From Candidatus Poribacteria bacterium (GTDB taxonomy: Bacteria > Poribacteria > WGA-4E > WGA-3G), in the NCBI GenBank assembly GCA_964291315.2, contig OZ219753.1:896001-960000 (forward strand): a DNA stretch of 64,000 nt. The letters are read 5' to 3'. Positions 46,840 through 56,349 of this stretch are shown here, piece by piece; the first letter of the stretch is position 1, and every line of letters starts with the position of its first letter. A program made the translations under genes and the position numbers. Below the pieces are notes generated by a model. That model was given only the letters and a program-made list of their open reading frames with translations, did no database searches and was not told where the DNA came from.

Positions 46840-49623
46840 ATGAACCGTGCCAAGAAACTGATTGAGGTCGACCTCCCCTTAGACCACATCAACCGTGAAT
46901 CCTCGCGTGAAAAGTCAATTCGCCACGGACACCCTTGCACACTGCACCTCTGGTGGGCCCGCAGACCGCTCGCTGCCTGTCGAGCCGTCCTCTTTGCCAG
47001 CATGGTCGACGATCCCGGATCCTATCTGGATGAACCACAGGCGCAAGCCGAACGCGAGAGACTTCATGCGCTTATCAGGCAACTCGTGAAGTGGGAGAAC
47101 ACCACCAACGAAGGCGTTTTGGCGAAGGCGCGTTATGAGATTGCCCGGTGCATCGCCCGCTCGCGCGGAGAGACCGCACCCACAGAGTCAGAAGCGGTCT
47201 TGCGCTACCTGGCTGAAAACGCACCAACGGTCTACGACCCGTTCTGTGGCGGCGGCTCCATTCCGCTGGAGGCGCAACGACTCGGGCTCCCCGCGCGCGC
47301 CTCAGACCTCAATCCGGTGGCAGTGCTCATCAACAAGGCGTTGATGGAGCTGCCGCCTCAGTGCCACGGTCAACCGCCCGTGAATCCGATTGCAGACTCG
47401 TTGAAGGGGTGGCGCGGCACCTCCGGACTGGCAAACGACATCCGCTACTACGGACGTTGGATGCGTGAAGAGGCACACACCCGCATCGGACACCTCTATC
47501 CGAAGGCGAAGCTGCCAGACGGAACCGAGGCCACCGTGATCGCGTGGGTATGGTCGCGCACAGTGCAATGCGCCAACCCGGCGTGCCGGCTCACCATACC
47601 GCTAATCAAAACCTTTCAGATCTCTAAAAAAAACAGAAACAGGCACTGGACCCGCCCTGTCGTCGACGCAACATCGCGAACGCTCTCCTTCACTGTTCAA
47701 GATCACCGTAACGGAGTGCCAGATACGGGCACCGTGAGCCGCCACGGAGTTGTCTGCCCTGCGTGTGGTGCCTCTGCCAAATTAGAATACGTCCGGGAAC
47801 AGGCAAGAGCCGGCAAGATGGGAGAAATCATGCACTCTATAGTCGCGGAAGGCGACCGGAGGAAACTTTTCGTCTCTCCAACGGAGGCCCACATCCAGAT
47901 CGCCCACTCTGCTGCGCCGGAGTGGAAACCGACAAGCCGGCTGCCAGAGCAGGCGCTGGGATTTATGATCCAGAACTACGGTGTGACGGAGTGGCACGAG
48001 CTCTTCACCGCGCGGCAGCTCGCCGCCTTGAGCACCTTCAGCGATCTGCTGTCAGAGGTTCGGCACGCTATTCTACAAGACGGGGGGACAGAGACATATG
48101 CGGACACCCTCTGCACCTATCTATCCCTCGCCGTCGGGAAAATGGCTGCCAGTGGAAACAGGGGTACAATGTGGGAAAACACGCGTGAAGTGATCGCTCA
48201 CTCTTTTGCGATCCAGGGAATTGGCATGACTTGGGATTTTGCGGAAGCCAACCCGTTCTCCGCCTCAACGCGAAACTGGATGGGGCATATAGAGCTCATA
48301 GCGAAAGCCGTGGAACGGCTGCCGGCTGCCGCCAACAGAAGCGAAGTGTATCAGGCGGATGCCGCCACAACGCCACACGCAGCGGATGCCCCCATCGTCG
48401 TCACGGATCCCCCGTACTACGACTACATCGGGTATGCGGATCTTGCCGATTTTTTCTACGTTTGGCTCAGGAAACCGCTGCGAGGCATCTATCCCGAGCT
48501 GTTCGCCGGCATGGCAACCCCCAAAGCAGAAGAAATCGTTGCAAATCGGCACCGCTTCGAGAACCCGCGCCTCCGTTTTGAGGAACGTTTGCGTGAGACG
48601 CTAAAGCGGCTCCGCGAACGTTGCTCCGGTGAATACCCGACCGCCATCTTCTACGCCTACAAACAGCAAGAGGAGGAGCGCGGCGGCAGAGCCTCCACGG
48701 GCTGGGAAACGATGCTCACGGCGCTCATTTCCACCGGCTACCAGATAGTCGGCACGTGGCCCATGCGCACAGAAAGTACTACCAGATTACGCGCGCAAAA
48801 CTCAAATGCCATCGCCTCTTCTGTGGTTCTGGTTTGCCGGCCGCGCCCCGACACCGCGCAAAATATCGGGTTGGGCGCGTTCCTCAACGCCCTTAGAGCT
48901 GAAATGCCCCCTGCGCTCGACCGACTCACGCGCGAGGCACACATCGCGCCCGTGGACCTTGCGCAGGCCGCCATCGGCCCGGGCATGGAGGTGTATTCGC
49001 GCTACAAGAGCGTCAAAACCACCCGAAACGGGAAACTAGAGACGGTGTCTGTGCGAGAGGCGCTCATCAAAATCAACGAGGAAATCGACAGATACCACGC
49101 CGAGCAGGAAGGCGAGTTCGACTCACATACCCGTTTCTGCCTTGCATGGTTCAAGCAGCACGGGTTCGACGCGGCCGCCTACGGCAGTGCGGAGGTGCTG
49201 GCGCGCGCAAACAACATCAGCATCGATGCGCTGCATGGGCGGGCCCTCACGGCTGAAAGAGGGAGCGTGCAGCTGTTACCGCTTGGCGCTTACGACGACA
49301 ACCATCCGAATGCGAAGTTGTTGCTGTCGGAGATAACCACGTGGGAGGCGTGCCATCTGATGGCATACCACCTCAACCCCAGCAATGAAGAGGGTAGGGG
49401 TATAGACGGCGCAGCAGAAGTGGGGCGCGCAATGCACAGCAACGAAACCTCTGACCCGATTGGATCCGTAGAACGGCTCGCCCGAATCCTCTATAGTCAT
49501 TACGATCGGCAGGGCAACGCTGAGAACGCTGTGCTTTTCAATACGCTTGTGACCTCTTGGGACAGGATCGATCAACAAATCCACGATGCACAGCAAGGTT
49601 CGTTGTTGCATGGTTCTCCGTGA
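46840..49623 (+). CDS. DUF1156 adenine-specific DNA methyltransferase with Zn ribbon
   Basis: KKLIEVDLPL...LHLWWARRPL, DPFCGGGSIPLE, CANPAC/CPAC, TDPPYY. Confidence 0.9.
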   Translation: MNRAKKLIEVDLPLDHINRESSREKSIRHGHPCTLHLWWARRPLAACRAVLFASMVDDPGSYLDEPQAQAERERLHALIRQLVKWENTTNEGVLAKARYEIARCIARSRGETAPTESEAVLRYLAENAPTVYDPFCGGGSIPLEAQRLGLPARASDLNPVAVLINKALMELPPQCHGQPPVNPIADSLKGWRGTSGLANDIRYYGRWMREEAHTRIGHLYPKAKLPDGTEATVIAWVWSRTVQCANPACRLTIPLIKTFQISKKNRNRHWTRPVVDATSRTLSFTVQDHRNGVPDTGTVSRHGVVCPACGASAKLEYVREQARAGKMGEIMHSIVAEGDRRKLFVSPTEAHIQIAHSAAPEWKPTSRLPEQALGFMIQNYGVTEWHELFTARQLAALSTFSDLLSEVRHAILQDGGTETYADTLCTYLSLAVGKMAASGNRGTMWENTREVIAHSFAIQGIGMTWDFAEANPFSASTRNWMGHIELIAKAVERLPAAANRSEVYQADAATTPHAADAPIVVTDPPYYDYIGYADLADFFYVWLRKPLRGIYPELFAGMATPKAEEIVANRHRFENPRLRFEERLRETLKRLRERCSGEYPTAIFYAYKQQEEERGGRASTGWETMLTALISTGYQIVGTWPMRTESTTRLRAQNSNAIASSVVLVCRPRPDTAQNIGLGAFLNALRAEMPPALDRLTREAHIAPVDLAQAAIGPGMEVYSRYKSVKTTRNGKLETVSVREALIKINEEIDRYHAEQEGEFDSHTRFCLAWFKQHGFDAAAYGSAEVLARANNISIDALHGRALTAERGSVQLLPLGAYDDNHPNAKLLLSEITTWEACHLMAYHLNPSNEEGRGIDGAAEVGRAMHSNETSDPIGSVERLARILYSHYDRQGNAENAVLFNTLVTSWDRIDQQIHDAQQGSLLHGSP

Positions 49624-49625
49624 GC

Positions 49626-49703
49626 TTGTGCATAGCCGGACTTGTAGTATAGGATGTTGGTTTCCTGTGCAATACTTGTAACATAACCTGCCAACCTGTG
49701 CCT
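49626..49703. repeat. Degenerate direct copy of the 42861-42942 REP-like repeat
   Basis: ACTTGTAGTATAGGATGTTGGTTTCCTGTGCAATACTTGTA versus ACTTGTAGCATAGGTTGTTGGTATCCTGTGCAATACGTGTA. Confidence 0.75.
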
Positions 49704-49714
49704 CCGTTTTAACG

Positions 49715-50074
49715 ATGAACACCTCTCTATTTCGCATCCAGTACCAATTAGAGCAGGGGCGGGTCCCCTTCACCCGGGAGACAGTCTCGAATCTCCCGAA
49801 GCGGCGCTGCGGCCTCTATGCCCTCTGGTTAACCGATGCGATAGGCGGATATGAGCGTCTCTACGTTGGGGTCTCAACGACGTGTATCCGCCGGCGCTTG
49901 CTCCAACATCTCTCCGATGAACAGAATCCAGAGCTTCGGATACAACTGCGCACCTTCGGGGAACTCATCCATTTTTCTGTCGTTTTTACTGAGGATCCGA
50001 AGCAGACGTTGGCATTAGAGACGGAATTAATTCGCAGTTGGCAACCGGAGACGAATCGGCATAAATTGCGTTAG
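49715..50074 (+). CDS. Small stand-alone GIY-YIG nuclease
   Basis: GLYAL...LYVGVS...IRRRLLQH...ALETELI...PETN. Confidence 0.8.
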   Translation: MNTSLFRIQYQLEQGRVPFTRETVSNLPKRRCGLYALWLTDAIGGYERLYVGVSTTCIRRRLLQHLSDEQNPELRIQLRTFGELIHFSVVFTEDPKQTLALETELIRSWQPETNRHKLR

Positions 50075-50107
50075 TCTGTTTTCGTTTTTCGGTTGGTGGT
50101 TCCTGCG

Positions 50108-50160
50108 GGACGTTTTCAACCTCATGCAAAAACCGGGTATCAACAAGCAGATAGCTCTCG
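50108..50160 (+). repeat. Direct repeat left of the Rpn pair
   Basis: TCAACCTCATGCAAAAACCG (50116-50135) is identical to 52750-52769, with further partial identity. Confidence 0.8.
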
Positions 50161-50178
50161 AGACGTATGCGAAAAAAC

Positions 50179-50207
50179 TTGACAGCGGATAGAAAGATAG
50201 GTATAAT
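50179..50207 (+). promoter_or_regulatory. Consensus sigma70 promoter upstream of Rpn copy 1
   Basis: TTGACA, 17 bp, TATAAT. Confidence 0.75.
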
Positions 50208-50383
50208 TGGAAGCAGACACGCCCGAGGGAAAATGGGGGAGTGTTCCGCATAGAGATATTTTGGTTTTCGTTTGACTTTCGCAGTCAGTGTGTGGTAGAC
50301 TATAGTATTACCTTATCCATGATAACTAATGATACCGGAAAGGAGTGCACTAGCATTGCTGGCATTCAGTCAGTGCAGCGACT

Positions 50384-51421
50384 ATGCGAGATCAACAAGA
50401 ATCTAAGCGGCATAGCCAATACGATACTGTTTCCAAGGCGATTATCCATCAAAACCCACAGGATTGGACGGAGTTCGCCCTCGGAACCACAGACGTGGAG
50501 GCGATCCGGGTTTTAGAGACCGAGCAGCCGACCGTCCAATCAAACAGAGCGGATAGTTTCATAGAGGTGCGTGTGGGTGGTGAGCCTGCGATTGTGCATC
50601 TTGAGATCCAGACGCGTGACAGCGGCGCGGTGCCGATGCCGTATCGTATGGCGGGCTACATCGGCAGGGGCATAGAGCAGTTTCAGTTGCCGATTTACTC
50701 ACATGTGATCTACCTGCATCCGCGTGCGGGCCGGCGGGATCCTGGAGCGTATGTTCAATCGTTTCCTGGGTATGAGGTTCGTATCGGCTACAAGGTGATT
50801 CGTCTGTATGATATAGAGGGTTCTCATTTTCTGGATTCGGGTGTGAAGGGTTTGATCCCGTTTACGCCGTTGATGCGTCCGTCGGGTGATGCGTCTGGTG
50901 CTGCGTGGCTTCGGCGGTGCGTATCGGTTGCGGAGTCAGTGTATGCGGAGAGTGCGTCAAAGGGAGACTATCTGGCAGATTTAGCGATATTGAGCGGTTT
51001 GATATTTGAGTATTCGTCGATTCGTGAGGCGATAATGGAGGCGATCATGCAAGAGTCATCGGTTATTCAACATTTTCTTCAGCAAGGCATAGAACGCGGT
51101 CTTGAGCAAGGCATAGAACGCGGTAGAGAGGAGGGTCTTGAGCAAGGCATCGAGCAAGGCATAGAGCGCGGTAGAGAAGAGGGTCTTGAGCAAGGCATCG
51201 AGCGGGGTGCCCGAGAGAGTCTGATAGAAGGCATTCTTGAGACCTTGGAGCTGCGTTTCAACGCTAGCGCCTTGTCGCAGGTTGCGTCTGCTCTGGGGCG
51301 TGTTCAGTCTCTGCCGCGTCTCAAGGCACTCCGCCGTGAGGCACTGCAGACAGCGAGCCTCGGTGCATTCCAAGAGGCATTGGAGAGGAGCCGAGACAGC
51401 AACGGGAACGCCTCGTCTTAA
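50384..51421 (+). CDS. Rpn/YhgA-like PD-(D/E)xK nuclease (putative transposase family), copy 1
   Basis: YD.VSK, RADSF...HLEIQT, MPYRMAGY, EQGIERG repeats, LELRF C-terminal helix. Confidence 0.85.
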   Translation: MRDQQESKRHSQYDTVSKAIIHQNPQDWTEFALGTTDVEAIRVLETEQPTVQSNRADSFIEVRVGGEPAIVHLEIQTRDSGAVPMPYRMAGYIGRGIEQFQLPIYSHVIYLHPRAGRRDPGAYVQSFPGYEVRIGYKVIRLYDIEGSHFLDSGVKGLIPFTPLMRPSGDASGAAWLRRCVSVAESVYAESASKGDYLADLAILSGLIFEYSSIREAIMEAIMQESSVIQHFLQQGIERGLEQGIERGREEGLEQGIEQGIERGREEGLEQGIERGARESLIEGILETLELRFNASALSQVASALGRVQSLPRLKALRREALQTASLGAFQEALERSRDSNGNASS

Positions 51422-51586
51422 TGCGGATGTGGCAGAGCCTGCTAGTTTCTGCTGTAGGTTCAGTATCTGTGCTTTGTGGTATGGTTTGCTACTCTATTTC
51501 TTTGATTTTTGCGGTTTGTATGTGGTAAATTATACTATTAACTCAGTAGTGCGAACAGAAAGGATAGCAGGAGCATTCCAGGGCGT

Positions 51587-52666
51587 ATGAGAGATCAACA
51601 ACAGTCAAGTGTTAAGCGGCATAGCCAATACGATACTGTTTCCAAGGCGATTATCCATCAAAACCCACAGGACTGGATGGAGTTCGCCCTCGGCACGGCG
51701 GATGTGGAGGCGATCCGGGTTTTAGAGACCGAGCAGCCGACCGTCCAATCAAACAGAGCGGATAGCTTCATAGAGGTGCGTGTGGGTGGTGAGCCTGCGA
51801 TTGTGCATTTGGAGATACAGACGCGGGATAGCGGCACTGTGCCGATGCAGTATCGTATGGCGGGTTACATCGGCAGGGGCATAGAGCAGTTTCAACTGCC
51901 GATTTACTCACATGTGATCTACCTGCACCCGCGTGCGGGCCGGCGGGATCCTGGAGCGTATGTTCAATCGTTTCCTGGGTATGAGGTTCGTATCGGCTAC
52001 AAGGTGATCCGTCTGTATGATATAGATGGTTCTCATTTTCTGGATTCGGGTGTGAAGGGTTTGATCCCGTTTACGCCGTTGATGCGTCCGTCGGGTGATG
52101 CGTCTGGTGCTGCGTGGCTTCGGCGGTGCGTATCGGTTGCGGAGTCAGTGTATGCGGAGAGTGCGTCAAAGGGAGACTATCTGGCAGATTTAGCGATATT
52201 GAGCGGTTTGATATTTGAGTATTCGTCGATTCGTGAGGCGATAATGGAGGCGATCATGCAAGAGTCATCGGTTATTCAACATTTTCTTCAGCAAGGCATA
52301 GAACGCGGTCTTGAGCAAGGCATAGAACGCGGTAGAGAGGAGGGTCTTGAGCAAGGCATCGAGCAAGGCATAGAACGCGGTAGAGAAGAGGGTCTTGAGC
52401 AAGGCATAGAACGCGGTAGAGAAGAGGGTCTTGAGCAAGGCATAGAGCGGGGTGCCCGAGAGAGTCTGATAGAAGGCATTCTTGAGACCTTGGAGCTGCG
52501 TTTCAACGCTAGCGCCTTGTCGCAGGTTGCGTCTGTTCTTGGGCGTATTCAGTCTCTGCCGCGTCTCAAGGCACTCCGCCGTGCGGCACTGCAGACAGCG
52601 AGTCTCGCTGCATTCCAAGAGGCATTGGAGAGGAGCCGAGACAGCAACGGGAACGTCTCGGCTTAA
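51587..52666 (+). CDS. Rpn/YhgA-like PD-(D/E)xK nuclease, copy 2
   Basis: Near-identical to copy 1, with one extra 12-aa repeat unit. Confidence 0.85.
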   Translation: MRDQQQSSVKRHSQYDTVSKAIIHQNPQDWMEFALGTADVEAIRVLETEQPTVQSNRADSFIEVRVGGEPAIVHLEIQTRDSGTVPMQYRMAGYIGRGIEQFQLPIYSHVIYLHPRAGRRDPGAYVQSFPGYEVRIGYKVIRLYDIDGSHFLDSGVKGLIPFTPLMRPSGDASGAAWLRRCVSVAESVYAESASKGDYLADLAILSGLIFEYSSIREAIMEAIMQESSVIQHFLQQGIERGLEQGIERGREEGLEQGIEQGIERGREEGLEQGIERGREEGLEQGIERGARESLIEGILETLELRFNASALSQVASVLGRIQSLPRLKALRRAALQTASLAAFQEALERSRDSNGNVSA

Positions 52667-52740
52667 GATTTTTCTAAGCTCGGCTGAGCGTTCGTCTTGA
52701 CATCTCGTAAAAGCATTACGCCAACTCGCTGCCCAGCCAC

Positions 52741-52794
52741 GGAACGCCCTCAACCTCATGCAAAAACCGAGTGGTAACAAGCGGATACCTCTGG
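52741..52794 (+). repeat. Direct repeat right of the Rpn pair
   Basis: Matches 50108-50160. Confidence 0.8.
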
Positions 52795-52918
52795 CGTTGA
52801 CTTCACATGAGTAAGACGTTGGTAATCTGCTCGAAAAGTTATCACGTCGGATTTGAAAAAAAAACAGAACTGTGATAACATATCTATTAAATTCCTATTC
52901 GTAGGACGGAGAGCATTA

Positions 52919-55108
52919 ATGATTATCACAGTTCACGAAAGTTACCGTCGGAAAAGAGACCACACTGAACAGCTGCTCTTCGCTGTGGTTGAGCAAAATA
53001 CCCCCGGTGCTGTTAAAATACCTTTGTTTCCACAAGAGGAAACGGACGCGTTCACATTCTGGTTGGACAAGGCGCTCATCCAACGTTTAAACCTTTGGGA
53101 GTGGTTTCGCAACTACGCCAGAGAGGCTGAAGTCTCAACCGCTGGGATCCGCGGGCCACAAAATATCTTATATCCTTGGGACACCCGCTTTCCGATTAAC
53201 CAGATTGGGATTGTCTTAGCCACGCTTGCCAAGAGCCTTGTGGCTAATGAAATTGCCGATGGAAAGTGCGTCGAGAAAATCGGAGGGCGTGAAGTCCGAT
53301 ACAATTCAGAGAAGTATCTAGAACACATTGCGCGCATCCAGGCTGCGCAGGGCATCTGTACCTACGTACCGAAAGCCTTCGGTACGCTACCGATCTGGAT
53401 GGCGTCGTTCTTGATTTTCACGTTGGACCTCGATGGCGGTGAACACGTTACGTCAAGCCACTCCGTCAGTACCAAGAATGCGACTAAAGACCTCAACAAT
53501 CAGGGCAGTCAGTATCTGCCTGAAGAATCCGCGCGTTTTGTCAACAAGATCGAAGAGATTCTCAAAACGGCTGAAATTGAAGGTTACCCTATCCGGTTCA
53601 GTGCAGTCAACGACACACACATAGACTTTGATCGGCTTGATGAGCTCCACGACGGTGTACAACTCTACGCTCGCTACCTTAAAGCCGGTGTCGCGACGGC
53701 TGCGAATCTCGACCTGATTCGTAAGGTCAAACCCCGGGTTGTCGTGGATTGCGTCGGCGGCTGCATGTATCGCCCGATGCGCGCGATCTTCGAGCGATTA
53801 GGGATCGCTAGCTCTGTCCGGTGGCTACATACCGAAGCGGACCCGCTTTATCACAACATCGGCAAACTTGACCGCAATCCGAAAAGTGGCAGCGTTGAAT
53901 TTTACGACCTTGGTTGCGACTTCAGCATCCGTGATGTTGTCAAATCCGTAGATTATGCAACCAAACTGGAAGCCCAACCCGTTGGTACGGTGATCGAGGC
54001 TACTGATCCGGACGGTGATAGACTTGTGGTTTGTCAGATAGAAAGAGCGTCGCGTGCGGAAACGTTAGAAGGCCTCGGCATCGATGTACTGGACCTCGGT
54101 GATGAGCGTCTCTTGACAATTTACACGCCCAACCAAGCGTTTCTGATGTTGATGGATTTCTACGCTAAACAGCTTAAAACTTCCGGGCTCTGGTCAAACC
54201 ATCCGCGCTTCATGATTAAGACGACGCCGTCCGCCCTTGCCTGGGACCAGTGGGCGGCTGCAAACGGTGTCCGTGTGGTTAACGTGCCGGTCGGTTTCAA
54301 GGAAATCGCTGCTGTCATGAAAAAAATAGAGCGTCAAATTGTCAATGCCCCGGAGGCACCTGTTATTATCCAAGATGTCTACGGTGAGACGATCTCACTC
54401 GGGGTTCAACCGAGGCTTCTTTTTGCCGGTGAAGAGAGCGGTGGTATGATTACCGGGCCCGAAAATCTGATTCGGAGCCAAGGGGGTCGTGCAGCTATTG
54501 CGATGCGCGAGAAATCCGCAGGCGAATCCATGATCCTAGTAACTGCGCTCACCGCCCATTGCCAGGGGGCCAACAGCTTTCTCTCCGATTACCTTGCTGC
54601 TCTTTTTAATGAAAGTCACATCACTGCGACCTGCGATGTACGGGTGGACATTACCTATTACAATGAATCTGAGCCGAACCCAGAAAAACTACGCGCGGCA
54701 CAGCTAGTAGGCGAAACAAGTCGCGACAAAAACGACTTATTTTTTCTCGGAATCGCTATTGCTCTCCACGATGGGAAGATAGGCCTGGATCAGGCGCGTA
54801 ACATCCTTTCAGATGCGCTTCCTGATCTCAACTTCAAGGATCTGGAAGATGTCCGGTTTGTCGGAGACGGGAGCTATCTCAGATTTCGTGATAAGTGTGT
54901 TGAAGTGCGAAAATCCGGCACTGATGCAAAGACGAAAGCTTACGCTTCCGGTAAAGATAAAGAAGAGTGCCGGAAGTTTGCCACAAAATTCGGTGAGGCC
55001 AGCGGCGAATTAACCGAACTTTATAAACAACAGATAGGTCAAGATTATCTAAAAAATGTTGAAAAGCGGGCCCGCCAAATCTATAACGCCTTTCAGTTGC
55101 ATCAATAA
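52919..55108 (+). CDS. Divergent alpha-D-phosphohexomutase (PGM/PMM superfamily)
   Basis: STAGIRG, VTSSHS (cf. TASHN), TDPDGDRL, VGFK, AGEESGG, RKSGTD. Confidence 0.8.
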   Translation: MIITVHESYRRKRDHTEQLLFAVVEQNTPGAVKIPLFPQEETDAFTFWLDKALIQRLNLWEWFRNYAREAEVSTAGIRGPQNILYPWDTRFPINQIGIVLATLAKSLVANEIADGKCVEKIGGREVRYNSEKYLEHIARIQAAQGICTYVPKAFGTLPIWMASFLIFTLDLDGGEHVTSSHSVSTKNATKDLNNQGSQYLPEESARFVNKIEEILKTAEIEGYPIRFSAVNDTHIDFDRLDELHDGVQLYARYLKAGVATAANLDLIRKVKPRVVVDCVGGCMYRPMRAIFERLGIASSVRWLHTEADPLYHNIGKLDRNPKSGSVEFYDLGCDFSIRDVVKSVDYATKLEAQPVGTVIEATDPDGDRLVVCQIERASRAETLEGLGIDVLDLGDERLLTIYTPNQAFLMLMDFYAKQLKTSGLWSNHPRFMIKTTPSALAWDQWAAANGVRVVNVPVGFKEIAAVMKKIERQIVNAPEAPVIIQDVYGETISLGVQPRLLFAGEESGGMITGPENLIRSQGGRAAIAMREKSAGESMILVTALTAHCQGANSFLSDYLAALFNESHITATCDVRVDITYYNESEPNPEKLRAAQLVGETSRDKNDLFFLGIAIALHDGKIGLDQARNILSDALPDLNFKDLEDVRFVGDGSYLRFRDKCVEVRKSGTDAKTKAYASGKDKEECRKFATKFGEASGELTELYKQQIGQDYLKNVEKRARQIYNAFQLHQ

Positions 55109-55187
55109 GAGACAGTACTCATAAGTGCAACTGCTCTACTGAAGACTGAAGGCAGATAATTGATGACAAATCCAAAGGAGAATTATC

Positions 55188-56261
55188 ATGGTCAGAACAA
55201 TTATTATCTTGCTCGGAATCTTGATTGGGACTGCCTCTTTTTTGTCTATAGACATAGTTGCGCAGGCAGAATGGACTGTCCTGCGTGAAGACGATATCCT
55301 CCGCGGGGACGGTATTGAGGGCATGTTGCACGATGTCTATTTCACAAATAACACAAACGGATGGGTGGTCGGAGATAACGGTTTAATATTGGTAACAACC
55401 GACGGCGGCACAACTTGGACGAAGCTGGATGTCGATATGCGTCCCCCGGGCACCGGACAGAGGCAAGGCGCCCCCCCGGGCGGTATGTTTGGCCGGGGTG
55501 GCCCTGTGCCCCTCTATAATATCCATTTTATAGACGCAAATGTTGGGTATATCACCGGGGGCAGAGCCACTATCCTTAAAACCGAGGATGGCGGCAAAAC
55601 TTGGGCGCGTAAAATCGCAATGAGCGATACTCCTGGGCGAGATGGCAGACCCGGGCGTCTCCGAGCCAATTTGATGGGTATCCAGATGATTAGTGAAACA
55701 ACCGGATTCATCGCTGGATCCGAAAATACGATCCTCAAAACAACCGATGGTGGGGAAACGTGGGTGGGCAGCTCTGAACGCGCACGCGTCGGTGAGACTC
55801 GCAACAACCTTGAAAATATCTGGTTCGTTTCTCCAACGACAGGTTGGGTCATCGGCTCCTTCGGAACGCTCATGCACACAGCAGACGGCGGCGAAACCTG
55901 GGAAAAACATGATCCCGGATTCGATAACAACCTATTCGGTATCCATTTCTTCGATGAAAACACCGGATGGATTTGTGGACAGGAAGGACTCATCTTACAT
56001 ACGGCTGACGGCGGCGAAACATGGACGGAACAAAAAACTGAATCTTATGACGACCTGCACGATATTATCTTCGTCGATGCTAACGTCGGTTGGGCGGTGG
56101 GAGGCTTCAATTCTGTTCTACATACCCAAAATGGCGGCCAGACGTGGACGCTGTCTAATATACCGGGCAGTGCAACCCTCAAAGGCGTTCATGCAACCGA
56201 TCAAAATCACTGCTGGACAGTCAACGATTGGGGAGTCATCGCAGGATATAAGTCAGAATAG
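55188..56261 (+). CDS. Secreted YCF48/BNR-repeat beta-propeller protein
   Basis: Signal peptide; repeated F.D...GW.VG..G.IL.T.DGG.TW. Confidence 0.88.
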   Translation: MVRTIIILLGILIGTASFLSIDIVAQAEWTVLREDDILRGDGIEGMLHDVYFTNNTNGWVVGDNGLILVTTDGGTTWTKLDVDMRPPGTGQRQGAPPGGMFGRGGPVPLYNIHFIDANVGYITGGRATILKTEDGGKTWARKIAMSDTPGRDGRPGRLRANLMGIQMISETTGFIAGSENTILKTTDGGETWVGSSERARVGETRNNLENIWFVSPTTGWVIGSFGTLMHTADGGETWEKHDPGFDNNLFGIHFFDENTGWICGQEGLILHTADGGETWTEQKTESYDDLHDIIFVDANVGWAVGGFNSVLHTQNGGQTWTLSNIPGSATLKGVHATDQNHCWTVNDWGVIAGYKSE

Positions 56262-56349
56262 GTATCCGTTAAAATCAATACGCAATGCACGCGCGTGCTG
56301 CTGCCCGGTCAATCTATGGGACGTGTGTGATACCTAAAAAGGAGAACTG

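Noticed and set aside
51080-52455. 12/36-bp tandem repeats as CRISPR or non-coding VNTR
   Set aside because: They are in-frame EQGIERG coding repeats typical of Rpn-family proteins.
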